Source: a virus
Taxonomy: Duplodnaviria; Heunggongvirae; Uroviricota; Caudoviricetes
Length of the DNA: 64,000 bases
Direction: 5' to 3' (one strand)
Virus record (IMG/VR): IMGVR_UViG_2827179085_000005
Span: 1-64,000 of that record
The notes below the pieces were generated by a model, which was given only the letters and a program-made list of their open reading frames with translations, had not been told where the DNA came from and did no database searches. How positions within the stretch are numbered: position 1 is the stretch's first letter; each line of letters begins with the position of its first letter. Below, piece after piece: positions 9,148-18,621 of the stretch. The position numbers and the translations under genes were made by a program.

Positions 9148-10695
9148 ATGTCACACAGCTTGATGGAGCAATTTGGGGAGATCGTATACAGTAGCAATAA
9201 AGATTTGATTCAGGAGAATGCGAATACTGATGGCATGAGTCCTATGGGGATGCAATCGCTTTTTGCATCTACCAGTTCAAAGTATTTTGCGGTTGAAAAC
9301 TTATTGTCAGACGAAGCGAAAGAAGCTTATCTTGGTGGATACATACACATTCATGATCTTGATTTTTACGCAACTGGAACAACAACTTGTTGTCAAATAC
9401 CTCTAGCAAAGCTACTAAAGGGTGGATTTAATACTGGTCATGGTCATATGCGTGAGCCAAACAATATTATGAGTGCAATGGGCTTAACTTCTATCATTTT
9501 ACAAGCGAACCAGAACCAACAGCATGGTGGTCAATCAATACCAATGTTCGATTATGATCTGGCTCCATATGTGAAAAAGACATTCAACAATTTCTATTCG
9601 GAAGTCTCAGCAGAGATGCAAGAGGATGGAGTTATTGAATGGGAAGAAAAAGCAGAGGATAGAGCATGGAAGAAGACCGAAAGAGCAGTATACCAAGCAT
9701 GTGAAGCATTTATTCACAATAGTAATTCTATGCATAGTCGTGGCGGTTCCCAAACTCCATTCGTCTCCATTAACTTGGGAACAGACACTTCAATTGAAGG
9801 TCGTATGATTACAAAGAATCTTCTACTGGCTACTCAGGCTGGATTAGGAGATGGTGAAACACCTATCTTTCCTATCATTGTGTTCAAGATCAAAGAAGGA
9901 ATCAACTACAATCCTGATGACCCAAACCATGATTTATATCGTCTGTCACTAGAGACGACATCTAAGCGGCTTTTCCCGAACTATGTGTTCATCGATGCTC
10001 CATTTAATCTGAAATACTATGATGGAACACCTGAGAGCGAAATTGCAACTATGGGCTGTAGAACGAGAACAATCAGCAATGTTCATGGCAAAGAAACACC
10101 TATTGGCAGAGGAAACTTGTCGTTCACTACGATTAACCTTCCACTGTTGGCAATTGAATCAGAGGATGTATCAGACTTTTTCCGTAAGCTGGACAAGTAT
10201 GTTGATATCTCAATTAGACAGCTTTATGACCGATACCTGTATCAAGCACAAAAGACTGTTGCCAATTTCAAATTCCTTTATGGTCAAGGACTTTGGGCGA
10301 ATGGAGAAGATCTTGATATTAACGATCATCTGGCAGAAATATTGAAGCAAGGAACATTATCTGTTGGCTTTGTTGGATTGGCAGAAGCGCTTGTGGCTTT
10401 AATTGGAAAACACCATGGCGAAGATGAAACAGCATGGAGCCTTGGATTCGATATTATTAGATTCATTAGAGACAAAACTGATGTGGCTACGATGAAACAT
10501 AACATGAATTACACGACACTTGCTACACCAGCAGAATCTTTCGCTGGTAAGGCTTTGCGTCAAACGAAAAAGAAGCATGGTGAAATCAGAGGGGTAACAG
10601 ATAGAGAGTACTTCACGAATGGATTTCATGTTCCAGTTTACTATAAGATCAAAGCATTCGACAAAATAAAAAGGAAGCTCCATTCCATGAGCTGA
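9148..10695 (+). CDS. nrdD: anaerobic ribonucleoside-triphosphate reductase NrdD (N-terminal 515 aa; gene frameshifted near 3' end)
   Basis: Class III RNR-like sequence; frame ends in A-run 10663-10672 and continues in another frame. Confidence 0.8.
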   Translation: MSHSLMEQFGEIVYSSNKDLIQENANTDGMSPMGMQSLFASTSSKYFAVENLLSDEAKEAYLGGYIHIHDLDFYATGTTTCCQIPLAKLLKGGFNTGHGHMREPNNIMSAMGLTSIILQANQNQQHGGQSIPMFDYDLAPYVKKTFNNFYSEVSAEMQEDGVIEWEEKAEDRAWKKTERAVYQACEAFIHNSNSMHSRGGSQTPFVSINLGTDTSIEGRMITKNLLLATQAGLGDGETPIFPIIVFKIKEGINYNPDDPNHDLYRLSLETTSKRLFPNYVFIDAPFNLKYYDGTPESEIATMGCRTRTISNVHGKETPIGRGNLSFTTINLPLLAIESEDVSDFFRKLDKYVDISIRQLYDRYLYQAQKTVANFKFLYGQGLWANGEDLDINDHLAEILKQGTLSVGFVGLAEALVALIGKHHGEDETAWSLGFDIIRFIRDKTDVATMKHNMNYTTLATPAESFAGKALRQTKKKHGEIRGVTDREYFTNGFHVPVYYKIKAFDKIKRKLHSMS

Positions 10696-10769
10696 CCAAT
10701 GCAGGGCATATTACCTACATTGAACTTGATGGTGATGCATCGAAGAATATTGACGCTCTTGATGCAATA

Positions 10770-11003
10770 GTGCGAACCATGAAAGAAAGTGGAATTGGTT
10801 ATGGTTCTATCAACCACCCTGTAGATAGATGCTTGGAATGCAATCACAAGGGCATTATTAACAACGAGTGTCCTAAGTGTGGAAACGAAGATGAACACAG
10901 AATAGAGCGTATTCGTAGAATAACTGGATACCTTGTTGGCAGTATGGGTAAGTGGAATACTGCCAAGCAAGCAGAGGAACGAGATCGGGTGAAACACTCA
11001 TGA
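10770..11003 (+). CDS. nrdD: NrdD C-terminal segment (Zn-ribbon CxxC..CxxC and glycyl-radical RITGYL)
   Basis: Glycyl radical motif RITGYLVG and four Cys; in-frame upstream sequence (…HELTNAGHITYIELDG…) lacks a start and joins first piece after 1-nt indel. Confidence 0.7.
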   Translation: MRTMKESGIGYGSINHPVDRCLECNHKGIINNECPKCGNEDEHRIERIRRITGYLVGSMGKWNTAKQAEERDRVKHS

Positions 11004-11470
11004 AAGTAATGAACATCATCCATGACAGCATCGTTGATGGTGATGGTTTAAGGGCAGTCATATTCTTTGCTGGCTGTCCTCATCGTTGCCCTGGTTGTCA
11101 CAATCCGCAATCTTGGAACATGATGAACGGCACAGAGATGAGTGTTGATGAGATATTTAATAATGTAATGAGCAACCCAATGAGTAACGTCACTTTTAGT
11201 GGTGGAGATCCATTTATGCAATCCAGCAGAGAACTTGCTGAGTTAGCAAGAAAAATTAAAGATGCTGAGAAAAGTATCTGGTGTTTTACTGGATACAGCT
11301 TCGACCAAGTTTGCGACTTAGAAGTAATTAAATATATTGATGTTCTTGTCGATGGGAAATTTGAAATAGATAAAAGAGATTTAGATTTAGCCTATAAAGG
11401 CAGTTCAAATCAAAGAATCATAGACGTACAACGAAGTCTGATTGAAGATAAGATTATCATATGGGGGTAA
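11000..11470 (+). CDS. nrdG: anaerobic RNR activating protein NrdG (radical SAM)
   Basis: CPHRCPGC radical-SAM cysteine motif; ATGA overlap with nrdD stop. Confidence 0.8.
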   Translation: MKVMNIIHDSIVDGDGLRAVIFFAGCPHRCPGCHNPQSWNMMNGTEMSVDEIFNNVMSNPMSNVTFSGGDPFMQSSRELAELARKIKDAEKSIWCFTGYSFDQVCDLEVIKYIDVLVDGKFEIDKRDLDLAYKGSSNQRIIDVQRSLIEDKIIIWG

Positions 11471-11474
11471 TGAG

Positions 11475-11972
11475 ATGAAGGGATATTTAGCAAATGGATT
11501 ATTTACGATTGGTGATAGAATGGTCAACGAGGAAATTGCATTATCACTGAGAACAGCTTACGTTGAGACAACGGGAGGAGTCTTAGACTTGTTTGTTCCG
11601 CAGGAACAAGGTATCAACGATAAGTCTACGTATGCTGATAGCGTGTTGATTGCACAGCTTGATTCAGAAGCGCTTATGGCTAGTGATTTCTTAGTCGCTG
11701 TCATTGATGGTGTTGAGATTGATTCTGGTGTAGCCGCTGAGATTGGAATGTTTGCGACGACAGGCAAGCCTATCTTTACTCTCTATTCGGATATTAGGCA
11801 AGAGGGAAGATCAAATGATATGAAAATTCAAGCATTAGTTGAAGACGGGACAGAGAATCAATTTATGTATCGGAACCTATTTGTTTTAGGCTTAATCAAG
11901 AAGAACGGTTCTGTGTATTCGTCTATTAATTCACTTGTTGAAGATTTTGTAAAGCACATCAACGAAAAATAG
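11475..11972 (+). CDS. nucleoside 2-deoxyribosyltransferase-like protein
   Basis: MKGYLANGLF N-terminus and DSGVAAEIGMF (catalytic Glu) resemble NDT family. Confidence 0.5.
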   Translation: MKGYLANGLFTIGDRMVNEEIALSLRTAYVETTGGVLDLFVPQEQGINDKSTYADSVLIAQLDSEALMASDFLVAVIDGVEIDSGVAAEIGMFATTGKPIFTLYSDIRQEGRSNDMKIQALVEDGTENQFMYRNLFVLGLIKKNGSVYSSINSLVEDFVKHINEK

Positions 11973-12017
11973 GTGCAATCTTATCATAAATGAGCAATCA
12001 AAGTCAACTATTTTTTC

Positions 12018-12046
12018 TTGTCAAAACCTAAGCAACATGTTATATT
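12018..12046 (+). promoter_or_regulatory. sigmaA-type promoter TTGTCA-17-TATATT
   Basis: consensus-like hexamers with 17-bp spacer. Confidence 0.45.
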
Positions 12047-12094
12047 GAATGTAGAATCTGGAATATGAAAATACACTTTACTTCTGAATAATAA

Positions 12095-12346
12095 ATGCAC
12101 TTTATACCGATGATGTATGTTGGGGGTGCATTTATTATGAAAAAAACGGAGAAAAAGAATACAAGGAGGCTGAGTAGAATGAGTACTGTAGCCGAAAAAT
12201 TGGGCGGTAACATTGTAATAGATTTTAACGCATTTACCGACAAAAAGAAGATAATTAATGCACTCAATAAGAAGCCTGTTAAATTCAGCGAAATGTCCGA
12301 AAAAGATCGGTATGAAACTATGCAAGCTATGCGAGACGAAGATTAA
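12095..12346 (+). CDS. hypothetical protein (true start possibly ATG 12180 after GGAGG RBS)
   Basis: ORF, RBS. Confidence 0.3.
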   Translation: MHFIPMMYVGGAFIMKKTEKKNTRRLSRMSTVAEKLGGNIVIDFNAFTDKKKIINALNKKPVKFSEMSEKDRYETMQAMRDED

Positions 12347-12373
12347 ACCAACTTTAGATAAGGGGTCAGCGAA

Positions 12374-12928
12374 ATGAATGCATTTTCTGATTATGATAAG
12401 TGGTCTGAGATATGTAAACAAGGAATCTTTGAAGCATGGGTTCCATGGGTTTCGGACAGACCACTTGAATTTTTTATTCCTAAACATGACAATCCAAAAG
12501 AAGGCATTCTTACCGATGTTATTTCCGACAAGACCGAAGAGTCACAGCAAAAAATTATTACTGATTTAAAGAGAAGAAAGGTTGTTGTTTTAACGTCTGA
12601 CGATCAATGTCAAGATACATATTTCTCTGATGTTTTGGTTGCAAAGATAGTTTCAATCAAAGACCATCATAGAACGCAAGATTGGTATAAAAATTATCTG
12701 CTAAATGACATACATCCATTCTATGTACATATTCCAGCTAATGGTGTGTTGAAGGAAAGTTACATAAATATTGCTCAACCGATGACGATTGGCAAGAAGA
12801 TGCTGATTAAGAATCACAATATGATTCTTCCTGCTGATCGTATGGTTCTAGTTGAAAAAAGATTTACTGAAATGATTGATTTGGGAGTAATTAAAGTAAG
12901 TGGAAATAACCAAGTTGTCAATGAATAA
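12374..12928 (+). CDS. hypothetical protein
   Basis: ORF with RBS; followed by strong terminator. Confidence 0.45.
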   Translation: MNAFSDYDKWSEICKQGIFEAWVPWVSDRPLEFFIPKHDNPKEGILTDVISDKTEESQQKIITDLKRRKVVVLTSDDQCQDTYFSDVLVAKIVSIKDHHRTQDWYKNYLLNDIHPFYVHIPANGVLKESYINIAQPMTIGKKMLIKNHNMILPADRMVLVEKRFTEMIDLGVIKVSGNNQVVNE

Positions 12929-12930
12929 AA

Positions 12931-12970
12931 TACGGTGAAGGGCAAACGCCTTTCACCGTATTTTTTGTTT
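12931..12970 (+). terminator. rho-independent terminator
   Basis: 13-bp stem TACGGTGAAGGGC/GCCTTTCACCGTA followed by TTTTTTGTTT. Confidence 0.8.
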
Positions 12971-13095
12971 ATTCAGTATAAAATATTACAGGCTGACTGT
13001 AACTGCCACTATGTACGATGGTGGTAACGTACCGTCCATGATGGGACATTACTTGAAATTCTTTAAAAGTATTATAAAAAGGTTGCTGATAAGTG

Positions 13096-13124
13096 TTGAC
13101 AGATACTAAAGAAAGTATTATTAT
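13096..13124 (+). promoter_or_regulatory. sigmaA-type promoter TTGACA-17-TATTAT with motif variant in spacer
   Basis: TTGACAgatactaaagaaagtatTATTAT. Confidence 0.5.
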
Positions 13125-13264
13125 AGTAAATGTAAGGCGAACGCAAACAACGAAAACAACGAATGAGGTGAACGAAATGTTAGCAGTTACATGTGCCATG
13201 GAGGACAATAATAACACCAATGGCATTTACGATGGGAACAACAAAGTAGTTAAATCAGAGGTGA

Positions 13265-14677
13265 TTGATGTTGGGCGTAACAGCTCTGGCGAAAAACACA
13301 ACTAAAACTAAGTCAGTTGCCAAAGAAAGTATAACACTGATAATATCGAAGTTGAAGGAACGCATAAAGAGTTCTGGATACGAAGTGTACGAGGATTATG
13401 TAACTGAACGATATATGCCGACAGATAAGCTGGTTGGAACGATGTACATGGTCGAACGTATGGATTACGGTTTTCACATCTATTATATTCATGAGCCTAG
13501 CGAAACAAATAGGATCGCTGGCAAAGATGGAATTGTAACAGAAATGTACTATGACCTTAGAAACAAGGTGTATTGGATCAAGCGGAATACAAAAGATGTT
13601 AAGTTTAGTGAAAGAAACGTTGATAGTATTTTTCCGCAAGATCGTGTGAAGCGCAAGGAAGTGTTTAAATTCCTTTCGACAAAAGGAAATACTGGATTGT
13701 ATGAGTCAGCATATCGGTATCTTGGAGCAATGGGGATGGAGCGAACAGAAATGTTCGGAAGATTCTTTCATAGGCTCATAACAGAATATAGCTACTACGA
13801 ATTACTGCATAAAGCAGGGATTCCGGTAGATGGTAACTTGTTAATCAGAAACAGTGATGGCAAATCACCAATGGAGATTCTTGGATTGTCCAAAACACAA
13901 TGGAAAATCGCAAATAAGTTCGGTGTTTCCGTTAATGAGTTACAGGGATACAGGAATAATGAAGCTGGCGACAATAGGCTGATAAACTATCTTAACTACA
14001 TTAAGTCTCTTGATCTAGAGTATGGGGTTGAGAAGATAAGAGAGTTTGTTTATAGCGAAATATCGTACATATATTCTCAACATACGTACTATAACTCAGC
14101 ACTATCAATTGCAAAGAGATACAACTTGCCTGAGAAATACTTAATTAAATACATCTACTTCGAGTGCGATGTTTCCCAAGGTCTTTCTTCTAGTACAGCC
14201 TTATCTCAATATAGCGACTATATCAGGATGGCTACTGAAATGGGGTATGAGCGGTTTGACAGATATCCTAAGTTTCTAAGAACATATCATGATATTGTTG
14301 CAAGAAACTATAAGGTAAAGCTCAATGAAGAAGAACAAAAGCAATGGGATGAGGTCTGCGAGGGTAATACGGTATTCAAATACGCTATGGATGGCTACAG
14401 GATTTTCACTCCAATGAAGACAGAAGAATTGGTTCGTGAAGGAAATGTCTTGGGTCATTGCGTAGGAAGCTATGTGGGTAAGGTGAGACAAGGAACATCA
14501 GTAATTGCATTCTTACGTGATGCCGATGATATTGAAAAGCCGCTTGTCACCATAGAAATACAAGGTAAATCTATTATTCAGGCAAAAGCGAAGATGAACA
14601 ATCCTCCTACGAGGGAACAAAAAGACTTTATCGAAAAGTTTGCTAAGAAATTCGAATTAGAAATTAAATCATATTAA
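13265..14677 (+). CDS. hypothetical protein (470 aa)
   Basis: long ORF; conserved-looking C-terminal GHCVGSYVGKVRQG segment of unknown family. Confidence 0.5.
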   Translation: MMLGVTALAKNTTKTKSVAKESITLIISKLKERIKSSGYEVYEDYVTERYMPTDKLVGTMYMVERMDYGFHIYYIHEPSETNRIAGKDGIVTEMYYDLRNKVYWIKRNTKDVKFSERNVDSIFPQDRVKRKEVFKFLSTKGNTGLYESAYRYLGAMGMERTEMFGRFFHRLITEYSYYELLHKAGIPVDGNLLIRNSDGKSPMEILGLSKTQWKIANKFGVSVNELQGYRNNEAGDNRLINYLNYIKSLDLEYGVEKIREFVYSEISYIYSQHTYYNSALSIAKRYNLPEKYLIKYIYFECDVSQGLSSSTALSQYSDYIRMATEMGYERFDRYPKFLRTYHDIVARNYKVKLNEEEQKQWDEVCEGNTVFKYAMDGYRIFTPMKTEELVREGNVLGHCVGSYVGKVRQGTSVIAFLRDADDIEKPLVTIEIQGKSIIQAKAKMNNPPTREQKDFIEKFAKKFELEIKSY

Positions 14678-14690
14678 GGGTGATGTGTGA

Positions 14691-15029
14691 ATGGTAGCAA
14701 TCAAAGGTCAATCATACGAACAAACAAAGGCAATCGATGGATTTCCATACAATGCAGTAGGGGAAATATGGTGTGTCAATAACATGCAGGGGAAGTACAC
14801 TATTCTAAAGCATGAAGGCATTGGATTGGGTGTTGATGAGAATGAGCTGAAAGAGCACTTCAAACTTGTTGGATACTCTTACTCTAACGACAATGGCGAG
14901 GAAGAGTGTGATGAGTATGAAGAAGAAGAGGAAGAAGAATACGATGATGAAGATCATCAAGATGAAGATGCTGACAACAAGCAAATAAGCAAATTCAAGT
15001 CGTTCTTGCGTAAAATAGGGTTTAAATAA
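14691..15029 (+). CDS. hypothetical protein with poly-acidic C-terminal tail
   Basis: ORF; EEEEEEYDDEDHQDEDAD tract. Confidence 0.45.
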   Translation: MVAIKGQSYEQTKAIDGFPYNAVGEIWCVNNMQGKYTILKHEGIGLGVDENELKEHFKLVGYSYSNDNGEEECDEYEEEEEEEYDDEDHQDEDADNKQISKFKSFLRKIGFK

Positions 15030-15032
15030 TAC

Positions 15033-15062
15033 TTGACCTTATGCTAAAGAAAGTACTATAAT
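15033..15062 (+). promoter_or_regulatory. sigmaA-type promoter TTGACC-18-TATAAT with conserved spacer motif
   Basis: TTGACCttatgctaaagaaagtacTATAAT upstream of nadV. Confidence 0.55.
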
Positions 15063-15077
15063 ATAGGGGGAAATAAA

Positions 15078-16496
15078 ATGCTAAAAGACCTTCGTAGTAA
15101 CCCAATTATGCTTACAGATGCTTATAATCTTTCTCACCAGCGGTTGAAGATCAATACCGATTGGGAAGTATCACACATGTACAATCGCTCGAAACCAATG
15201 TTATTGTTCGGACTGTTGGAAATCGCCAACAATATCTTGAAGACGCAAATCACAATCGAGATGATTGACCAAGCAGAAGCACAAGCAAACCGCATGGGAT
15301 TGATCTTCCCTCGTGAATTGTGGGTACGAGTAGTAAACGAATGTGATGGATGGATTCCAATTGAAATCCAAACGCTTCCAGAAGGAACATGGTGTCCTGT
15401 AGGAACGCCATTTGCACAGATTCGTAATACAATCAGAGGTTTTGGTGAACTTGTAACTTGGTTCGAAGGCGAATGGATGCATGGTTACTTCCCATCAACT
15501 GCCGCAACACAAGCATATCGTATGCGAAAATATCTTGAACAGAAGCAACGCCAATACGGTTATGATGACAGCTTTATGCTTCGTCTTCACAGCTTCGGAT
15601 TCCGAGGTCATCGTAGTCTTGAAGATGCGTATTGGGCAGGAATTTCGTGGAACTTGTTCTTGTATGGTACTGATGATTTCCACACAGCAGTCCATACTCC
15701 GAGTGCGAAAATTGTGAGTATCGCGGCTCTGGCACACAAGGTGACACAACAGTTCGATAACGAATATGAGGGCTACAAACATGCGATCAAGGCAACAGCA
15801 GATGCAGGAGAGAAGGTCGTTGCAATCGTAATTGATACATACGATGCACATCGTTTCCTTAATGAGTACCTGATTCCTCTCGCAAAATATGCCGCAGAAC
15901 TTGGTGTTCACATCGTAATTCGTCCAGACAGTGGAGACACATGGGAGCAAGTAGTTATTGCTTACCGATTTATATCGCGTCACTATCTGCCAATCACGAA
16001 TGTTTCGGCAATCATTGGCGAAGGAATGGATTTCGAGAATGTGAAGAAAGCAGATGCATACTTTGAGCAACATGGTGTACCGCTTAACTTTGTATCTTAC
16101 GGTGTTGGTGGAGGATTCTACAACTACTCAAACCGCGATCTGCTTGGATGGGCAATGAAAACAGCGTTCTCAAACGGAAAGAGTCGCATGAAGTTCTCAG
16201 AGAATCCTATCAAGAGAAGCATTCCAGATGTTGTAGGACTTTATCGAAACTCCTATGGTGATTTGATTGTAGGAAAAGAGGACGATGTTCCAGAATCCGC
16301 AAATCTTTACCGCACGATTTACAGCTATACAGATGGTATGGATGTTCCATTCATGATCGAGTATGGTGACAGCGAATGGAAAGAAACTCAGGAACGTGCG
16401 CTAGCGGCGAATACAGAACAAGCGAATATTTATCTCAGTGATGAGATTCGCGCTGAAATTGGAGAGTTCCAAAGACGATACAGAAATCGGGTGTAA
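15078..16496 (+). CDS. nadV: nicotinamide phosphoribosyltransferase (NadV/NAMPT)
   Basis: N-terminal IMLTDAYNLSH (cf. NAMPT ILNTDSYKVTH), ~470 aa type II PRTase-like. Confidence 0.8.
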   Translation: MLKDLRSNPIMLTDAYNLSHQRLKINTDWEVSHMYNRSKPMLLFGLLEIANNILKTQITIEMIDQAEAQANRMGLIFPRELWVRVVNECDGWIPIEIQTLPEGTWCPVGTPFAQIRNTIRGFGELVTWFEGEWMHGYFPSTAATQAYRMRKYLEQKQRQYGYDDSFMLRLHSFGFRGHRSLEDAYWAGISWNLFLYGTDDFHTAVHTPSAKIVSIAALAHKVTQQFDNEYEGYKHAIKATADAGEKVVAIVIDTYDAHRFLNEYLIPLAKYAAELGVHIVIRPDSGDTWEQVVIAYRFISRHYLPITNVSAIIGEGMDFENVKKADAYFEQHGVPLNFVSYGVGGGFYNYSNRDLLGWAMKTAFSNGKSRMKFSENPIKRSIPDVVGLYRNSYGDLIVGKEDDVPESANLYRTIYSYTDGMDVPFMIEYGDSEWKETQERALAANTEQANIYLSDEIRAEIGEFQRRYRNRV

Positions 16497-16498
16497 AA

Positions 16499-17068
16499 AT
16501 GATAAGATGCCAGAGAAAGTACGACCTTGGATTCGTTATCGGAAGGTTTCAGATGTTACACGCTGGACATGAACACCTCATTAATTCCGCGAAAGAAAAG
16601 TGCGAGAACCTACTTGTATTAGTAGGTTCCGCACAAGAAAGTGGAACGACGAGAAACCCTTTTGATATTAAGAAACGAGTTGACATGATGGACAAGTTGT
16701 TTGGAGACAAACCAAACATTCATATCGGCTTTGTCGCTGATTACACCAATGAGAACGACCATTCGCACGAATGGGGAAGATATTTGCTTCGACAAGTTGA
16801 TGGTTGGCGAAAGTTCCATGGTATAGACGCAAAGGTTGATTGCATGATCTATGGCAACGACGAGGAACGCAATGGTTGGTTTGACCCTAAAGATATTGAA
16901 GGAATCACACAGATTCAACTCGACAGGGCATACATTCCAATCAGCGCAACCCAAATGCGTGGATACATGGCGTGGAATCAAAAAGGTTTGTGGATGCAAT
17001 ATGCAAATCCAAAGCTTCATGTGTTTTATGAAGAACTAAGGCAAAAATTATTCGAGGTGAAACCATGA
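16499..17068 (+). CDS. nicotinamide/nicotinate mononucleotide adenylyltransferase (NMNAT/NadM-like)
   Basis: GFVIGRFQMLHAGHEHLI = (H/T)xGH nucleotidyltransferase motif. Confidence 0.65.
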   Translation: MIRCQRKYDLGFVIGRFQMLHAGHEHLINSAKEKCENLLVLVGSAQESGTTRNPFDIKKRVDMMDKLFGDKPNIHIGFVADYTNENDHSHEWGRYLLRQVDGWRKFHGIDAKVDCMIYGNDEERNGWFDPKDIEGITQIQLDRAYIPISATQMRGYMAWNQKGLWMQYANPKLHVFYEELRQKLFEVKP

Positions 17069-17607
17069 CAGTAAAGCATGAATCTTTATATAAGACAAAA
17101 TGGGTCGAACTGATGCAACGCACTTCGGATGAAGATGGTACATACATCTACATTCGTGAGCCATGGTTGATTAATGGCAAAGCTATCTCAGTTCTTCCAC
17201 TCCGCAGGGACGAATCAGGATATATTCAATTCCTTCTTCGTGGCGAAATGGCTGAAAAACCTGTCTTTGGAACAGTTAAAGGCGGTATGGACAAAGAAAG
17301 CGAAACACCTCGCCAATGTGCAGTTCGTGAACTGCTTGAAGAGGCTGGATACATTGCAGATGAAACTCAAATGATTCCACTAGGAAAGGTTAGAACATCG
17401 AAGCTGAATACTACTGAAATGTATTTGTTTGCTGTTGATGTGACAGACCTTCCTTACGAGGAACCAAAAGGCGATGGCACAGCAAATGAAGCAAATGCTT
17501 ACTGCCAATGGGTTTCTGAGCGTGACGCAATTGGATACGAAGACCCTGTGATTCATACATCGATGTTGCGCTTTTATAATTGGGTCAATGAAGAAGGAGA
17601 AATGTAA
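17065..17607 (+). CDS. Nudix hydrolase (ADP-ribose pyrophosphatase-like)
   Basis: Nudix box GGMDKESETPRQCAVRELLEEAGY. Confidence 0.7.
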   Translation: MTVKHESLYKTKWVELMQRTSDEDGTYIYIREPWLINGKAISVLPLRRDESGYIQFLLRGEMAEKPVFGTVKGGMDKESETPRQCAVRELLEEAGYIADETQMIPLGKVRTSKLNTTEMYLFAVDVTDLPYEEPKGDGTANEANAYCQWVSERDAIGYEDPVIHTSMLRFYNWVNEEGEM

Positions 17608-17865
17608 ATGGGAATCGTGCTAGGTATTGTAGGTATCGTCGCAAGTATTCTGCTTGGTCTATACATGGGTGTTTATGTGTGTTTCGTTGGTGGAGCAGTT
17701 GATATTATTCATGAAATCGTTAATGCAGTCAATGGAGCAGATTTAAGTGTGTTAGCGATCTTGTGGGGAATTGTGAAGATGAGTATTTCTGGATTGGTTG
17801 GATGGATTTCCTTCTACGTGTTATTCATCCCATCAGCAGTTGTACTAGGACTCAAAAGCAAGTAA
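17608..17865 (+). CDS. small membrane protein (2 TM)
   Basis: hydrophobic segments. Confidence 0.4.
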   Translation: MGIVLGIVGIVASILLGLYMGVYVCFVGGAVDIIHEIVNAVNGADLSVLAILWGIVKMSISGLVGWISFYVLFIPSAVVLGLKSK

Positions 17866-17908
17866 TCGTAATCATACAAAAAATAACTAATCGAATGGGG
17901 AATGTAAA

Positions 17909-18259
17909 ATGACAAAGGTATACGCTAACGAGGTAGGACACTTAATTATTGATGGTGAATTGGTAGATTTGATTTTGACGCTGAAACTCTTGCAACGCCA
18001 AAATGAAATGGTTTATCGTGCGGCTCTCAAAGAATTGAGCAATCAAGTGCGTGAAGAACTTGGAATCGACAATCTAATTAGCCTTATGATTGTTGACGAA
18101 GTTACTGTTGGAGTTCTTGTGTACAACATCATGGCTGGACACAACGATGTTTATATACAGGGGGAAGATGAGCGTGGAACGTATATGGCTTTCGGTGTAG
18201 AGGAAGTCGAAGAAGTCGAGTGCGGAGATTGCCTATGCTCATGCCTATGGGAGAATTAA
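17909..18259 (+). CDS. hypothetical protein
   Basis: ORF with RBS. Confidence 0.4.
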   Translation: MTKVYANEVGHLIIDGELVDLILTLKLLQRQNEMVYRAALKELSNQVREELGIDNLISLMIVDEVTVGVLVYNIMAGHNDVYIQGEDERGTYMAFGVEEVEEVECGDCLCSCLWEN

Positions 18260-18285
18260 TCTGATTTTATAAAAATGCGGTATTG

Positions 18286-18326
18286 AAACACCTGAGAAAA
18301 TCACATTTTAGAGGTGTGGTTTTCTC
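18286..18326 (+). terminator. probable rho-independent terminator (imperfect long hairpin + TTTTCTC)
   Basis: ACACCT...AAAAT..ATTTT...AGGTGT nested inverted repeats followed by GGTTTTCTC. Confidence 0.4.
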
Positions 18327-18364
18327 AATAAAACTGCGATTCTATTTAGAGTTAGAGGAGAGGT

Positions 18365-18589
18365 TTGATGAGAGTGGTAATCAGTCAAGCACATAATCAA
18401 AATGGTATCGTAATCAACGCAAATGATAAGGTTGTTTTCCGTAGTGGAAAAAAGATAGAAATTCCCTCGTATATCAGAGGAAACAATATCACTAATATTA
18501 ACGGAAAAATTTATATTGATGGGTATGAGTTATTACCTAACGGGAAATGGAAAAGAACACTGAAAGCAATGTGGCACAAATTATTTTAG
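18365..18589 (+). CDS. hypothetical protein
   Basis: ORF. Confidence 0.35.
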   Translation: MMRVVISQAHNQNGIVINANDKVVFRSGKKIEIPSYIRGNNITNINGKIYIDGYELLPNGKWKRTLKAMWHKLF

Positions 18590-18621
18590 AATGGTGGGAG
18601 AAATAGAGTGAACAAAAATAC

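Noticed and set aside
13093-13305. 70-aa ORF starting inside the promoter at 13096
   Set aside because: It begins within the -35/-10 region, has no RBS, and overlaps the start of the 470-aa gene.
15201-16073. Minus-strand ORFs inside nadV (15201-15482, 15495-16073)
   Set aside because: They are antisense to a well-supported CDS and probably arise from codon-bias mirroring.
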